From Gallionellaceae bacterium (GTDB lineage Bacteria; Pseudomonadota; Gammaproteobacteria; Burkholderiales; Gallionellaceae): 54,674 nt of DNA. Each line of letters starts with the position of its first letter. Position 1 is the first letter of the stretch. The DNA lies in contig JBGPPE010000001.1 in the NCBI GenBank assembly GCA_041488395.1, positions 1 to 54,674 of the forward strand, in the 5' to 3' direction. The notes beneath the pieces were generated by a model. That model ran no database searches. It was not told the DNA's origin and worked only from the letters and a program-made list of their open reading frames with translations. Shown in pieces: positions 54,298-54,674 of the stretch. A program made the position numbers and the translations under genes.

Positions 54298-54674
54298 CGC
54301 CTGAACACCTCCTTCGCCTTATGGATCGCTGCCACCAGCGCATCCACCTCCTGCCGGTTGTTGTACAGCGCAAACGAGGCGCGTGCCGTGGCCGGCACAC
54401 CGAAGCGTTCCATCAGCGGCATGGTGCAATGGTGGCCGGTGCGTATCGCCACACCTTCACGGTCCAGTATCGTGCCGATGTCATGGGGATGGATATCCTC
54501 CAGCACGAACGAAACGATGCCGGTCTTTTTGCGCGCGCTGCCGATGATGCGCAGTCCCGCCACCTCTGCCAGCAAGGGTGTGGCATAGGACAGCAACTCC
54601 TGCTCATGCGCGACCAGCACATCGAAACCGATGCCGCTCACATAATCGATCGCTGCGCCCAGGCCGATGACGCC
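54294..54674 (-). CDS. sufS: Cysteine desulfurase SufS, C-terminal part (gene continues beyond the window)
   Basis: VAIRTGHHCTMPLMERFGVPATARASFALYN contains the class II desulfurase active-site Cys loop (HHC). Confidence 0.88.
   Translation of the reverse strand, partial: GVIGLGAAIDYVSGIGFDVLVAHEQELLSYATPLLAEVAGLRIIGSARKKTGIVSFVLEDIHPHDIGTILDREGVAIRTGHHCTMPLMERFGVPATARASFALYNNRQEVDALVAAIHKAKEVFRR

Overview
This is a 54.7-kb, roughly 60% GC chromosomal segment. Gene content and repeat families suggest a betaproteobacterium, but that is inference only. Most of it is a housekeeping backbone: purL, rimO, rluD/bamD/pgeF, tadA/mnmH, msrB, yciB-yciI-bolA, ygfZ, bcp, mlaA and the end of a sufS-sufU-sufT-Rieske cluster. 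I found no rRNA, tRNA, CRISPR array, integrase or intact prophage.

The accessory or unusual content is:
- A mobile-element graveyard at the left edge: a partial IS110-family transposase, an internally deleted IS3-family element that keeps both inverted repeats, and a 20-bp perfect inverted-repeat pair.
- A lower-GC ccdAB toxin-antitoxin islet next to a His-rich 2-TM protein of unknown function.
- Two families of intergenic hairpin repeats: ATTCCC-N8-GGGAAT (dRS3-like) inverted pairs, and CGCAGATTA-based palindromic elements.
- A dense cyclic-nucleotide signalling neighbourhood: two PAS-GGDEF-EAL proteins, an HD-GYP protein apparently co-transcribed with crcB and DUF190, and a CHASE2 class III cyclase upstream of SH3 and M48 protease genes.
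- A DUF2157-type membrane protein plus a GDYXXLXY protein, placed head-to-head with the HD-GYP gene.
- A 431-aa Ala/Lys/Glu-rich protein built on a 162-bp higher-order tandem repeat.
- An island of about 7.8 kb (about 37.7-45.5 kb) with atypical composition. It carries PAS-GGDEF-EAL, an M23 peptidase, a frameshifted PH-domain gene and a BON / coiled-coil / lmo0937 / AsmA module, and ends at a gene-fragment scar.

I cannot show a complete, clearly novel multi-gene system from sequence alone. The repeat protein, the island and the uncharacterised membrane and signalling modules are the best candidates. All product calls come from motif and family recognition by eye, not from database searches.
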